Source: an uncultured virus (IMG/VR IMGVR_UViG_3300044641_006743) (Duplodnaviria; Heunggongvirae; Uroviricota; Caudoviricetes). From it: a stretch of DNA of 64,000 nucleotides. A program made the translations under genes and the position numbers. This document shows positions 28,330 to 37,789 of this stretch, in pieces. The notes below the pieces were generated by a model, which saw only the letters and a list, made by a program, of their open reading frames with translations, had not been told where the DNA came from and did not search any database. The number at the start of each line of letters is the position of its first letter. Position 1 is the first letter of the stretch. The DNA lies in IMG/VR virus record IMGVR_UViG_3300044641_006743; one strand, 5' to 3'.

Positions 28330-28756
28330 ACCTTAGGTATTTTGAAACAACTTGACGACTAATGTTTAACTGTTGAGCAATGTCTTTGTTCATCAAACCT
28401 TTTTCTTTTAAAGAATAGATTTTAAATAAAATTTCTTTACTGATCTTCCATGGATGAACACGTCTATTTCTATCGTATGCATCTTGAATATTTTCTTTTT
28501 GTGTACCAATTAACAAATGCATAGGATTACAACAAAGTGGATTGTCACATGTATGTCGCACAACAAAATCTTTTGAGAGTTTTATTCCATTATGGAATTC
28601 ATAAGACCAACGATGTGCTAATTGGTTTTTGTAGTGCCTACTAAAAACACCATATCCCATGTTTGTTTTAGTAGAAGTCCATTGCCAGCAAGCTTTTAAT
28701 CCTCCTTCGGGATCAATTCTTTTTAGTAGGTCTGAATCAGTCAAAGTTTTTGGCAT
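28265..28756 (-). CDS. HNH homing endonuclease with C-terminal HTH
   Basis: CWQW..GYG..AHRWSY..VRHTCDNPLCCNPMHL.IGTQKENIQD; IAQQLNISRQVVS. Confidence 0.88.
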   Translation of the reverse strand: MPKTLTDSDLLKRIDPEGGLKACWQWTSTKTNMGYGVFSRHYKNQLAHRWSYEFHNGIKLSKDFVVRHTCDNPLCCNPMHLLIGTQKENIQDAYDRNRRVHPWKISKEILFKIYSLKEKGLMNKDIAQQLNISRQVVSKYLRFKREVPLDWQENLDGLIRFEK

Positions 28757-28759
28757 GAT

Positions 28760-28782
28760 AAAAAGCCCCACTTATGTGGGGC
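28760..28782 (-). terminator. Rho-independent terminator
   Basis: Minus strand GCCCCAC-ATAA-GTGGGGC followed by TTTTT. Confidence 0.7.
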
Positions 28783-28803
28783 ATGAACAACATTAAATCC
28801 TAA

Positions 28804-29820
28804 TCACAAAGCATCATCTTCTCCGGTTAGAGGATCACGAGCAGGCAGTGCTTTAACTTCAAGTGCATCTGTGGTACGGGACACAGGAAGAATCTCGACA
28901 CCCTGCTTGATTCCATAGGCACCACCAAGTTTTTCAGCATCTTGTTTTGCATGCTGATTTATATAGTCATTAAACATCTCCTGGAACTTCCAGGTTGATT
29001 CACGATCTTCATCAGGAATCGAAAGCCGGCTCAGCGATGCAATTGCTGCATCCTGATCGCTGTAATCAGGAATCTCAAAGGATTCAATGGCGCAGATCTC
29101 TACGTTGTTTGCACCACGCATGTCATTGACAAGCACAGGGCAGAACACCGTAGTGGCATAGAACTTCTCATTGAAGCTCAACGGAATCTCAGAGTCCAGT
29201 GCCTTCGAGAGACACTTGGACATCTCCTTCTCATACATCCGAATCTTCTCAGATGCATCAGTGCCATTGAGACCCTTCAGCGTCAGCACCATGGGGATGT
29301 CATGGGCACGCTTGTTGTCCTGGGTAACGATATAAATCAGATACTTTGTACGGACACTGTACTTACGCTTGTACATTTCGCCCTTGCTGTTGGCAAGGTC
29401 GGCTGCAATCTTGTCGGCTTCCCAAAGTTCTTTGACATTGGGATCATCAAAGGTACCAACCACCTGGCGCATCCCAGTGGTTTCTTCCACCATCAGAGGT
29501 GAACGCAACAGAACCTGAACGCGTGGCTCAGTAAAGTTCAGTCCTTCCTCAATGGAAGTATTAGGCGCCATGCCAAAGGTTTGTTTGTAGTCCCAGATGA
29601 CAGAGCCTTTGGCAAAATCTGATTCAGTGGCTGTCCATTTGCAGTTGTCCAGATCAGATTTACGAACAAACCAACCGCGTGTTTTTGATTTGTTGAGGGG
29701 TTGAATGGTGACAAGGTTCTGATAGCCAGATACAAATTCCTTGGATTGGAACATCCGGAAGGAATCAAGTCCTCGGGTTGCAAGCGCAGTGGTTTTCTTG
29801 ATGGTCATGGAAGAGGTCAT
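28804..29820 (-). CDS. DUF5895-like protein (possible recombination/annealing protein)
   Basis: GWFV..W..F..EEGL..PRVQVLLRSPL, YLIY..H.IP..L.LKG; lies beside the SSB gene. Confidence 0.55.
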   Translation of the reverse strand: MTSSMTIKKTTALATRGLDSFRMFQSKEFVSGYQNLVTIQPLNKSKTRGWFVRKSDLDNCKWTATESDFAKGSVIWDYKQTFGMAPNTSIEEGLNFTEPRVQVLLRSPLMVEETTGMRQVVGTFDDPNVKELWEADKIAADLANSKGEMYKRKYSVRTKYLIYIVTQDNKRAHDIPMVLTLKGLNGTDASEKIRMYEKEMSKCLSKALDSEIPLSFNEKFYATTVFCPVLVNDMRGANNVEICAIESFEIPDYSDQDAAIASLSRLSIPDEDRESTWKFQEMFNDYINQHAKQDAEKLGGAYGIKQGVEILPVSRTTDALEVKALPARDPLTGEDDAL

Positions 29821-29841
29821 TGTTAGTTCGTAGTCAAGAGT

Positions 29842-29868
29842 GGACAGTTTTACGTCATGTCCAGGACG
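29842..29868 (-). repeat. Pseudoknot repeat family 1, copy B
   Basis: Minus strand CGTC-CT-GGACA-T-GACG-TAAAAC-TGTCC. Confidence 0.85.
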
Positions 29869-29873
29869 TGCCA

Positions 29874-30122
29874 TCAGGCTAGGTCATCTTGCTGCAAAGG
29901 CAAGACAGGGACTGGGTTTTCTTTACATTCAAAGTATTCTTCAGCGGCCTGAGCCATAGCGCCATAGATGTTGTGATCATGGTGCCCGCAGCCACGCATA
30001 AAGTCCACCATTTGACGCACTAATTCGTCCGTAAAAACCGCATTGAAAGTTACGGTAATACGAGTGGTCCCATCAATGTGCTGCAGAACAAATTGATCAT
30101 GCGTTGTTTGCGCTTCACTCAT
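29874..30122 (-). CDS. Hypothetical protein
   Basis: 82-aa ORF with DFMRGCG motif. Confidence 0.6.
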   Translation of the reverse strand: MSEAQTTHDQFVLQHIDGTTRITVTFNAVFTDELVRQMVDFMRGCGHHDHNIYGAMAQAAEEYFECKENPVPVLPLQQDDLA

Positions 30123-30937
30123 CAGAAGGGGGCCTCTTCAAGATCAGGTGCATTTCCGTATTGACCCGGCAGGTCTGGCAGTCCACCACCCGAGGCAACA
30201 TTCCAAGGATCTTGGTTTTCTTCAGCGGTACGACCACCCCAGAGTGGAGCCACGTTGTCAGAATTGGAGACCACAGTCTGAGGTCGGATGGCTTGCGATG
30301 CTGTATCACCGGATGCTTTAGGTGCAAGTGTCATGGAAACCAATTGGATCTTGGTGGCATGACGCCGTTCTTTGCTCTCTTTGTCTTGCCACGAATCAGT
30401 CACCAGCCTGCCGTTGATGGTCAAGCCAGTCCCTTTGCGCGTGAAGTCAACAAGCAGTTGAGCGTTATTCAGTTTGTCGTTGTGTGAATTGATGGCATAG
30501 AAGTTGAAAAGGTCAGCTTGATTCCGGCCGGTGTTCACAGACAAAGTCTGATTACAGATCATCAGACCATCTGCTGTTGTCTTGAAGGCACGGGCATCAT
30601 CCTGCTGGATGTCCTTAACACAACGTCCACTGAGGATGACTGTGTTCAAGATGGGGAATGCTTCTGTGACAGGAGCAATAACACCACCGTGGAGTGAATA
30701 GGTGCGTGACTCCAGATCAAAGCGCAGCTTGGCACCATGGATATAAATCAGTGCACCCTTGGGTGTGCGTGCAAAACGATCTGAGTTTTTGCCATAAACA
30801 TTGAGTTCGATTGGAGTTGCAGCCTTGTTACCTACAGGAGGCAGCAAAACATTGCAGCGGAGTGCAGTTGAAGTAGCCGAGGTATAAACCTCGCGGGGTT
30901 CTTCTGTGGTTTGAGCACAGACAAAAGCTTGGTTCAT
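30122..30937 (-). CDS. ssb: Single-stranded DNA-binding protein (two OB folds)
   Basis: NTVILSGR, RKGTGLTINGRLVTDSWQDKE and acidic tail LEEAPF. Confidence 0.8.
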   Translation of the reverse strand: MNQAFVCAQTTEEPREVYTSATSTALRCNVLLPPVGNKAATPIELNVYGKNSDRFARTPKGALIYIHGAKLRFDLESRTYSLHGGVIAPVTEAFPILNTVILSGRCVKDIQQDDARAFKTTADGLMICNQTLSVNTGRNQADLFNFYAINSHNDKLNNAQLLVDFTRKGTGLTINGRLVTDSWQDKESKERRHATKIQLVSMTLAPKASGDTASQAIRPQTVVSNSDNVAPLWGGRTAEENQDPWNVASGGGLPDLPGQYGNAPDLEEAPF

Positions 30938-30959
30938 GATGTTCCAAAGGGTTGTGTGA

Positions 30960-30989
30960 GAGGCAGTTTAACGTCTTACCTCAAGGACG
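30960..30989 (-). repeat. Pseudoknot repeat family 1, copy C
   Basis: Minus strand CGTC-CTT-GAGGTA-A-GACG-TTAAAC-TGCCTC. Confidence 0.8.
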
Positions 30990-31227
30990 AGACCACAACT
31001 TCACCTTTTGAATCTATAGGTCGACCTTTTCGATCCCAGCATTGATGACAATCAGGACACTGATAATGATGACAGCGGTCAGTGCCGAGATACTCCACAC
31101 CAAATACACGACTAAAGAACTTCGAATCCGGTGAATAATAACCCTTATCAATTGACTCTTGTGGAATAAGTGAAAGCACCCAGTTTGCGTTGCAGCTGGG
31201 ACAGTTCTCTAGCTTGGTAATGTCCAT
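30976..31227 (-). CDS. Small zinc-ribbon protein
   Basis: CPSC...FSR..GVE...QCPDC. Confidence 0.65.
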   Translation of the reverse strand: MDITKLENCPSCNANWVLSLIPQESIDKGYYSPDSKFFSRVFGVEYLGTDRCHHYQCPDCHQCWDRKGRPIDSKGEVVVSSLR

Positions 31228-31231
31228 GGTG

Positions 31232-33097
31232 TTAGTGCGTCTCAGACCAGTTTGATCCTACGCGAGAGTCTCCTTCTATAAGACAACGGAACCCAAAGAA
31301 TTCCTGAGCTTGTGGAAAGGCAAGCATAGCCTGTTCTCGGATTGCTTCTGTGTGCTGAGGTTTGCATGCAATCTGGACTTCATCATGCACCATTAATAGT
31401 TGTTGCCAATCATTGTCATAGTCCAAACCAAGGTTGTTCTTGATGTTGTTCTGGATGTTAATGACAACTTGCTTCATCAAGATTGCACCAGCTGATTGCA
31501 ATAACACATTCAATCCTTTGAATGCAGAACGGCAATACAACTGACGGCGATCCAAACCAATCAGGTAACCACGTAAACCAATCGTCTTATCAATCTCCAA
31601 CTTCAATGCCTTCAATGCTGGAACACCACGCATAAAACCATCGATAGCATCACGGCCAAGCATGCGCAGTTCATCTTCATCCTTGAGGTTGGGATCAATG
31701 ATTGAACCAGCCTTAACGGATCCACATCCATAGAGCATGCCGTAAAGCAGACGCTTGCTGATATCCCTGGTCTCTACACCAAATTGCTTTTGGTTGTAGG
31801 TATGGATGTCAATAGATTCATCGGTCACCAGCCGAGCGTATTCCCCGTCATCCCAGATGGCAAGATATCCAGCAAGGCAACGTAACTCAAGTGCTTTAGC
31901 GTCAATACCAATGAGATCCCACCCGTCAGGAGGAGTGAACAAACTTCGACACTCCTTTCCATATGGAGAGTAACCTGCCGGGACCTGACCCATATTTGGA
32001 TTGCGGTGTGAACAGCGCCCAGTAATGCAACCGTTAGTAGTAACGTCGCCGTGGATACGACCAGTGTCATTGTTGTACAACTTGATCCAAGCATTGTTGC
32101 CACCAGCAATTTGACCAAGACGTTTCTTGACCAGCATGTATTCAGTTAGAGGCTTGGCTTCTGGATAAGGCAGTTGCTCTAGTACTTCATCATTAACAAT
32201 TGGATTTCCTTTCTCAGTAAACTTCTCTGGTTTCCATCCGTACTTGCTGCCAAGTCGATCAACAATCTGGTCACGAGATCCTGGATTGAACTCTTCGTAG
32301 CTGACTTTGGTAAAAGGTTGTCCTTTGACATAGCCACGTTTGGCATTATTAACCCTTGGCACAAACACCTTTTCGTGTTTGATTGGTGGAAAGATTTCCT
32401 TTAGGTGTGATTCAAGTTCTGTTTCCTTTGCTCGCAGCACATCCACCAGATCAAGAGCAGCATCCAAATCGAAAGGAACACCTGATCTAATTTGTCTGTT
32501 AATCGCCAAAGCAAAGTCGTGCTCCAGGAGTAGCGCCGATTCTGCGTAGTTTTGTGTGGCGATGAGCTGCCAAAGATTGAAGGTAACCGCCACGTCTTGG
32601 ACGCAGTAGTCGAGCATCTCCTGGCTGTATTCCGTGAAGTCCTTGAAGTCGATCTTATGGGTGGCCAAGCGCCATCCCCAGGCCTTAAGTGATGCAGATC
32701 CATACAGGTTCTTTGGAACCTGCGGATATTGTTCCGTGTCAAGTTCATAGAGTACTTCCTTGGGCCAAATCAAACGAGTGCAGATGAGTGTGTCAATAAT
32801 GCGTGCGTTGATTTCTACATCAGGAAATAATTTCTTTAAGACTGGGATGTCATAAAAACAAATGTTGTGGCCAATAAGAACATCAGCACGACTGAGATGC
32901 TCAAGAGCAGAGTCGATGCTGCCAGGATCAAAAGACAAAAAGTTCCCGCTGTGGATGTCATAGAGGACAATGCAGTGAACCTTGGAAGCTTTGTCATAAA
33001 GTCCATTCGTCTCCACATCGAAGACGTACCAAATCTCATTTTCGGAACTGGGCTTCATCTCGAACCTGGAGTTCTTCACTGGCAAGGCTGGTGTCAT
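31232..33097 (-). CDS. polA: Family A (T7-like) DNA polymerase with 3'-5' exonuclease
   Basis: FDVETNG, GHNICFYD and YCVQDV (exonuclease); TGRCSHRNPN, DAKALELR, KRLLYGMLYG (Tyr at the 762-equivalent position), VHDE. Confidence 0.95.
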   Translation of the reverse strand: MTPALPVKNSRFEMKPSSENEIWYVFDVETNGLYDKASKVHCIVLYDIHSGNFLSFDPGSIDSALEHLSRADVLIGHNICFYDIPVLKKLFPDVEINARIIDTLICTRLIWPKEVLYELDTEQYPQVPKNLYGSASLKAWGWRLATHKIDFKDFTEYSQEMLDYCVQDVAVTFNLWQLIATQNYAESALLLEHDFALAINRQIRSGVPFDLDAALDLVDVLRAKETELESHLKEIFPPIKHEKVFVPRVNNAKRGYVKGQPFTKVSYEEFNPGSRDQIVDRLGSKYGWKPEKFTEKGNPIVNDEVLEQLPYPEAKPLTEYMLVKKRLGQIAGGNNAWIKLYNNDTGRIHGDVTTNGCITGRCSHRNPNMGQVPAGYSPYGKECRSLFTPPDGWDLIGIDAKALELRCLAGYLAIWDDGEYARLVTDESIDIHTYNQKQFGVETRDISKRLLYGMLYGCGSVKAGSIIDPNLKDEDELRMLGRDAIDGFMRGVPALKALKLEIDKTIGLRGYLIGLDRRQLYCRSAFKGLNVLLQSAGAILMKQVVINIQNNIKNNLGLDYDNDWQQLLMVHDEVQIACKPQHTEAIREQAMLAFPQAQEFFGFRCLIEGDSRVGSNWSETH

Positions 33098-33269
33098 TTT
33101 TGTTAATCCACGTCAAGATCTGTTGTGCCCCAGCACGATATGGATGGGAGAAGATCTTGCTCAGAGCTACCTCTGAATCTAGCGGAATTAACTGAAAAGA
33201 ATTAGAGGAAGCACAGGCGGTAATGGCAAATGGTGTACCGTCCTTCCACGTAGCAATGACGTAAGACAT
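33036..33269 (-). CDS. Hypothetical protein
   Basis: 77-aa ATG ORF upstream of the polymerase. Confidence 0.5.
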   Translation of the reverse strand: MSYVIATWKDGTPFAITACASSNSFQLIPLDSEVALSKIFSHPYRAGAQQILTWINKNDTSLASEELQVRDEAQFRK

Positions 33270-33324
33270 AAGAAATGAAAGACCGGACAGATGATATCCG
33301 ATCTTTCATCCAAGGCAAGTGTCT

Positions 33325-34092
33325 TCAGATTGTTTTTCGTTTAGTGCTGTATCCAACAAATCTACCTTCCTTCTTACGTTGAGATATGGCTTGGCTTGCT
33401 TCGCTGCCAGCCCTCTGGGAACCATGGACCAACAGTGCGAAGTGCTTGTTGCCTAGGCAATGGCTGTCGTCATGGTCAATGTCGAGACCAAGCTCTGCGG
33501 CTTGTTCTTCTGTGTACACAACGTGAGCAACCCTGGTAAACACGTCTGAATATTTGTTAAGCAAATAGTCGAGTGTTCCACCGTGTGATGCAGTCAGATA
33601 AAAGTTGGGTGGGATGATGTCACGCAAGTTGTACCACATACCAAGAGACTTGGTGTATGCGTAGAAATTTTGTTCGGGCCTGCCCTGGGCCACCATCATC
33701 CAAGCCTTCATATAGTTCTCAGTCCAGAAGTCACCGGACTCATGGATTCGAATGAGCTTCTTCGGTGGGTACAGTAACAGTGAGAGGTCGATTAAATCAC
33801 GCAAAAGCATGGCTTGATTCCCATTCATGTGAATGGTTTCACGCAATAGATCCCAGTTGTGCCAGCGTGCTTCCCGCACGTTAGGTCGTACCTCTGCCAT
33901 GGCAGCAAAGCAACGGAAGTCATGTTCAGCTGTGACACCTGTGTACTGAGGCAGGTCAGTGATAGTGCCAGTGATGCGGTCAGCAAATGTCTTGCACACA
34001 CCAGCGTGTGGGCATGAGTAGCCAGCAGGCAGGCTAAAAATCAGACGATTGCTGAGCTTGCCGTTGCCTTTAGAAAACTTGAGGAGTTTCAT
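33325..34092 (-). CDS. Gp88-like protein (Cys motif plus RIHESGDF)
   Basis: GNGKL..FSLPAGYSCP.A..C..CFA; IRIHESGDF; FYAYTKS; LTASHGG. Confidence 0.7.
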   Translation of the reverse strand: MKLLKFSKGNGKLSNRLIFSLPAGYSCPHAGVCKTFADRITGTITDLPQYTGVTAEHDFRCFAAMAEVRPNVREARWHNWDLLRETIHMNGNQAMLLRDLIDLSLLLYPPKKLIRIHESGDFWTENYMKAWMMVAQGRPEQNFYAYTKSLGMWYNLRDIIPPNFYLTASHGGTLDYLLNKYSDVFTRVAHVVYTEEQAAELGLDIDHDDSHCLGNKHFALLVHGSQRAGSEASQAISQRKKEGRFVGYSTKRKTI

Positions 34093-34127
34093 GATTGAAG
34101 TGAGTTGACTGATAAGCTTAGCTTATA

Positions 34128-34153
34128 GGTGAGTTTAAGGACATCCCAGGTCC
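34128..34153 (-). repeat. Pseudoknot repeat family 1, copy D (divergent)
   Basis: Minus strand GGAC-CT-GGGA-T-GTCC-TTAAAC-TCACC; stem 1 changed compensatorily. Confidence 0.65.
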
Positions 34154-34283
34154 ATAATGGTATGGGGTGTAGAAGAGCAGCGTCAGCCCCGAGGGAGTCA
34201 GGGTTTCTGCTGCTTCCCCTGACTGGTAAGCGAATGACCTTGCGGCTTGATCACCGTGAGGTCACACCCTCTAGAAAAAGTGA

Positions 34284-34511
34284 CTACTGGGCTTCAAGCT
34301 CGTCAGCGATGGCAAGGAGTTTTTCACGGACGGGATCGCGCTTTTCGTACTGAAGTATTCGTCCATCAGTCCACACGTCCTCATGACCAAGAGGCACCAC
34401 CTGATCCGCAGCAGCTCGCAGGGCGGCGGCAATGTGCAACTGCACGATTCGAGACCCAGCACAGTTGCTGGCAGTAATCACCGCCTGCGCGGCGGAGGAA
34501 AGTTCAGACAT
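34284..34511 (-). CDS. Hypothetical protein
   Basis: LSSAAQAV..IAAALRAAADQVVP..LLAIADELE. Confidence 0.65.
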   Translation of the reverse strand: MSELSSAAQAVITASNCAGSRIVQLHIAAALRAAADQVVPLGHEDVWTDGRILQYEKRDPVREKLLAIADELEAQ

Positions 34512-34603
34512 GGAAATTGAGACGGGTCGTAAGCGGGCAAGTATTAGCTGATTCCTGTTTTCAGGTAATACATGCTGATACCTGCCGTGTGCTACAGTGC
34601 TGG

Positions 34604-34682
34604 GGCTGATCAGAAAGCAGCAAAGCGACTGGAGTGAGATCCAGTTGCAAGAGCGGTGGGGGTGACATCCTGCCGCTTTTTA
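34604..34682 (+). ncRNA. Candidate small RNA antisense to the early operon
   Basis: TGnTACAGT -10-like element, two hairpins and a terminator AGCGGTGGG/CCTGCCGCT plus TTTT. Confidence 0.4.
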
Positions 34683-34688
34683 ATGCTT

Positions 34689-35078
34689 TTAACACTGAGA
34701 AGGAAATACGACAATGCTGTCGGGCAGTGCCTCCAATGCGCGGCGGATGGTGTCCCAGTCCTTGGGTGACGGCCGCCAGCCGTCTTCGTGCTGCTCAACG
34801 AGCGCTAGCGCCTGCTCCTTCAAGCTCGGCGGCTTGGAGCGCATTGTTTCTACCAAACCCTTACCAGTTGGAGTGATTGTCAAATGTGGCGCATCCGAGG
34901 AATTTTGGTCTAACCACTGCGCGTCTGCTTCAAGTTGGCGGTCTGCACCCCATTGGGCGGCAGCTATAAGGACGCGCTGATCAAATGGGCTAATCACAGA
35001 AACTGGGCCGCCGTACAGCTCTTCCAGCCACTGCTGCACCAGCTCCGGCGGGGGGGTGATGGGATGTTGTTGTGTCAT
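34689..35078 (-). CDS. Hypothetical protein, HPITPPP family (copy 1)
   Basis: MTQQHPITPPPELVQQW..AAQWGAD..KPPSLKEQAL..TIRRALE. Confidence 0.7.
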   Translation of the reverse strand: MTQQHPITPPPELVQQWLEELYGGPVSVISPFDQRVLIAAAQWGADRQLEADAQWLDQNSSDAPHLTITPTGKGLVETMRSKPPSLKEQALALVEQHEDGWRPSPKDWDTIRRALEALPDSIVVFPSQC

Positions 35079-35101
35079 GGATGATTAGTGGCAATGGCTA
35101 G

Positions 35102-35398
35102 TCAGTTTACTTGAGCAGAACCTTTGAACTTCTCCCTGGATAAACGTAAAACAATTTGGTCACCAGAGTCTGGGATTTCAGTTGGTCCTTGGTGGACCAA
35201 CATCTCCCATATGTTTCGGTTGATCTTCATGACTGAATTACAATAACGAATCATCAAGAGTTCTTTGTCCTGCCCTGGTTTATAGGACAAAACTTTTTTG
35301 AACACACCAAGTGGTTCATCTTCATTGTCCTTGGCATAGGCAGCGATCCAATACGCTGCTGACTTTGTTGATTGTTGAGTTGAACCAAAACCTTTCAT
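35102..35398 (-). CDS. Hypothetical protein
   Basis: 98-aa ORF starting MKGFG. Confidence 0.6.
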   Translation of the reverse strand: MKGFGSTQQSTKSAAYWIAAYAKDNEDEPLGVFKKVLSYKPGQDKELLMIRYCNSVMKINRNIWEMLVHQGPTEIPDSGDQIVLRLSREKFKGSAQVN

Positions 35399-35460
35399 TA
35401 GATCTTGAGTTGTGTTACCTGGTGAACGACATAATATACATCAATCGTCATATAGTTTCC

Positions 35461-35474
35461 GTATCAATAGATAC
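35461..35474 (+). promoter_or_regulatory. NtcA-type binding site
   Basis: GTA-TCAATAGA-TAC (GTA-N8-TAC), just downstream of a TATAGT -10-like hexamer (35451-35456). Confidence 0.5.
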
Positions 35475-35481
35475 TAAAACC

Positions 35482-35634
35482 ATGACGTTAACGTATCGTG
35501 GTTGCAAATACAACCAAGAGGATCAGGCACAGAAGGACAGAGACTGGTGGAACTTAGCCCACCGTCCCTGGCTTTGCCTGACATACCGTAACATCTGCTA
35601 CTTTCCTTTTGTCACCGGAGGTCAAATCAAATGA
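35482..35634 (+). CDS. DUF4278-like small protein
   Basis: MTLTYRGCKY...LTYRNICY, a duplicated LTYRG-like motif. Confidence 0.6.
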   Translation: MTLTYRGCKYNQEDQAQKDRDWWNLAHRPWLCLTYRNICYFPFVTGGQIK

Positions 35635-35886
35635 ACAAGGCACTGATCGTCTACCTGGTGGACAAACGGAAGAAGCTGGCACGCAAGGATGTGGAGTCCA
35701 AGCATGCCGTCACTGAATTAAAAAAACAAAGCGCCGCGACCTTCTGATCTCCATTCGTCCAATGGCCCCTGAGTTTTCTCTGGGGGCTTTTGGTATGGAG
35801 GCATCAGATCTCCGTTCTTATCAATGATGCCAGCTTCAATCAGAAAGTAACGGGCAGCTTCTGGATCCTTGTACTTCTCAATCAGA

Positions 35887-36528
35887 TCATTGATCTGCTG
35901 AGAACACAGCTTCTCCGATGATGGGGAATTGTTCGCAGAAGATTTGCCTGATTGTTCTGGCGATTTGTTGGTGTTCGAGTTGAGTTCCATTGGAGCAGCG
36001 GAGATCAAGGTAATGGATCCATGACCTAAGTGTACCGTTCATGAACAGACGGGTCTGTGTCGATAGTGGCAGAATGGACCGAGCACATTCCTTGGCAATA
36101 CCATTGCTCACCATCTCGCGATACAGATGTTCTGCGTTCTCGTACAGTTCACTGATACGTCGATAATAATTACCAACAAGATCAGGAGATAAGTCATCAA
36201 TACTGTTCTGCCTGTTCTTTTGATCTTGTCTACGTAGATGCGGAATAGCAGCTGAACCAAGTTCACTGGTGTCTGCATAACGTTGACTAAATTCCTGGAA
36301 ACTAAATGAACGATGACGTAAGATCTGAGGTGAAATTGCACGCGTCGTTTCAATCTCCACGCACATGTTTGCCATTTCAAATGGTGACCAGTGCTTGTGC
36401 TTGATCAAGTAACGCAACAACTTAGGTGCGGTATCCATGTTGTCTTGGTTCTTGGGTGCAGAGACGCGTGCCATGCGCGTGATCATCTCCTCTGCATTGG
36501 GCGTTGCCCAAACAAGTTGTACGTTCAT
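35887..36528 (-). CDS. thyX: Flavin-dependent thymidylate synthase
   Basis: HWSPFE, QILRHRSFSFQEFSQRY, KECARSILP, RSWIHYLDLR, QLEH. Confidence 0.95.
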   Translation of the reverse strand: MNVQLVWATPNAEEMITRMARVSAPKNQDNMDTAPKLLRYLIKHKHWSPFEMANMCVEIETTRAISPQILRHRSFSFQEFSQRYADTSELGSAAIPHLRRQDQKNRQNSIDDLSPDLVGNYYRRISELYENAEHLYREMVSNGIAKECARSILPLSTQTRLFMNGTLRSWIHYLDLRCSNGTQLEHQQIARTIRQIFCEQFPIIGEAVFSADQ

Positions 36529-36734
36529 GAGCACTTAAGGAAGTAATGCCAGCGAGTTGTGGGATCAGTGTAACGGATTACTGAACAACCTTCGTACTGA
36601 TCAAGGACTTCAAACTTCGCTTTGTCTACAGGTTCATCAGGTGAAAAAACAATGGCAGCTAATAAACCAATCCCTGCAAACATAAGGATTGTTATACAGC
36701 AACCACGTATGAAATGGATTTGGTTTTCAGTCAT
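36525..36734 (-). CDS. Small membrane-anchored protein
   Basis: TM helix followed by FEVLDQYEGCSVIRY..YFLKC. Confidence 0.6.
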   Translation of the reverse strand: MTENQIHFIRGCCITILMFAGIGLLAAIVFSPDEPVDKAKFEVLDQYEGCSVIRYTDPTTRWHYFLKCS

Positions 36735-36735
36735 G

Positions 36736-37035
36736 TCATTCACCAGGTACAAGGACTTCTTTCGTCAGACGTTCTAGCGCTGACACAGGACAGATGCGTG
36801 CAGTGGCATGTTCAGTTGGGCTAGGTAAATGATCCCAACGAACAAGCAAAAACTTTTGGGTAGCACCACGTGAGTTGTTTTTGTAGTTGATGCCAACAAC
36901 TTCACCATACCGCTGGCTCCTGTACTGAGAGATGCGCTCTCTTGTTTGTTGGTTGTTTGTGTAGATACCATGGGGTTTGGGACGTTCAGCAACACGGTCA
37001 CCAATCTTGTAATCAAACTGTCGCTTAGTTGTCAT
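36736..37035 (-). CDS. Hypothetical protein (SH3-like)
   Basis: YKIGDRVAE..RYGEVV..VRWD. Confidence 0.6.
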   Translation of the reverse strand: MTTKRQFDYKIGDRVAERPKPHGIYTNNQQTRERISQYRSQRYGEVVGINYKNNSRGATQKFLLVRWDHLPSPTEHATARICPVSALERLTKEVLVPGE

Positions 37036-37043
37036 TGTAGTAA

Positions 37044-37388
37044 TTAGTTGTTGTCGGGAAGTTGTTCAAGGGCGCGACGGATAGTGTTGTAGTGGGCTCC
37101 ATCAATGCTGGTGATGTCATCCAACAAAGCAAGCGCCTGATCCTTTAAGCTCGGCGGTTTAAGCCGACGTGCGGCGCGGAGATCTTTGCTGGCGTTAGTG
37201 CATTCTCTTTCCGTTTCAATAGCCCAAGGATACTCCTTTTCGAGAAACGTACAGCACGCCTCCAGCTCTTGATCTGCGCCCCATTGGGCAGCAGCTACTA
37301 AAGCATCTTGTGGCCAGAGTGGCCAGAAATCACCAAGCCAATGCTCCATTAAATCTGGAGGTGGCGTGATGGGGTGTTCTTGTGTCAT
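37044..37388 (-). CDS. Hypothetical protein, HPITPPP family (copy 2)
   Basis: Paralogue of 34689-35078: MTQEHPITPPP..AAQWGADQELEA..KPPSLKDQAL..TIRRALE. Confidence 0.7.
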   Translation of the reverse strand: MTQEHPITPPPDLMEHWLGDFWPLWPQDALVAAAQWGADQELEACCTFLEKEYPWAIETERECTNASKDLRAARRLKPPSLKDQALALLDDITSIDGAHYNTIRRALEQLPDNN

Positions 37389-37789
37389 TTAGATTTAAAG
37401 AGTTGAAAGTGGTTGCAGTCGTACGACTCAGCAGTGTCGTACTCAGGGAATTCAAAGGCGCAGTAAAAATTAGCGATGTTGTGCTGGCAGTCGCTGCATT
37501 TGTTGAGTGCTTTGAATTCAGATGGACTTACCCCAGATGGGGGTGGTTCCACCCCGGATGTGAGTGGTTGATTTGCCATGAGTTTGTGCAGCTTCTCAAC
37601 AAGATAGAGATTGCGCTTGGCCTCTTCAAAGAAGTCTGCTGTAACTTCATGGGTTGTAACCCTATAGCCACAGCATTCACACTTCTTACGTCGCCTTGTT
37701 GATAGACCAGTCTTTCTGGATTCAATAACTCTGAGTCCAGGTTGATTACATTGCGGACAGTCAGGAAGGATTGCCTTCTGGAACGCCAT
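37385..37789 (-). CDS. NrdR-like N-terminal zinc-ribbon protein
   Basis: CPQC..RVIESR..RRRKKCECCGYRVTTHE; no ATP cone, second Cys cluster at the C-terminus. Confidence 0.7.
   Translation of the reverse strand: MAFQKAILPDCPQCNQPGLRVIESRKTGLSTRRRKKCECCGYRVTTHEVTADFFEEAKRNLYLVEKLHKLMANQPLTSGVEPPPSGVSPSEFKALNKCSDCQHNIANFYCAFEFPEYDTAESYDCNHFQLFKSK

Noticed and set aside
28772..28803. Displaced 3' end of the NblA-like gene beyond the HNH (MNNIKS*)
   Set aside because: Too short and too dissimilar to support; the region is explained by a terminator
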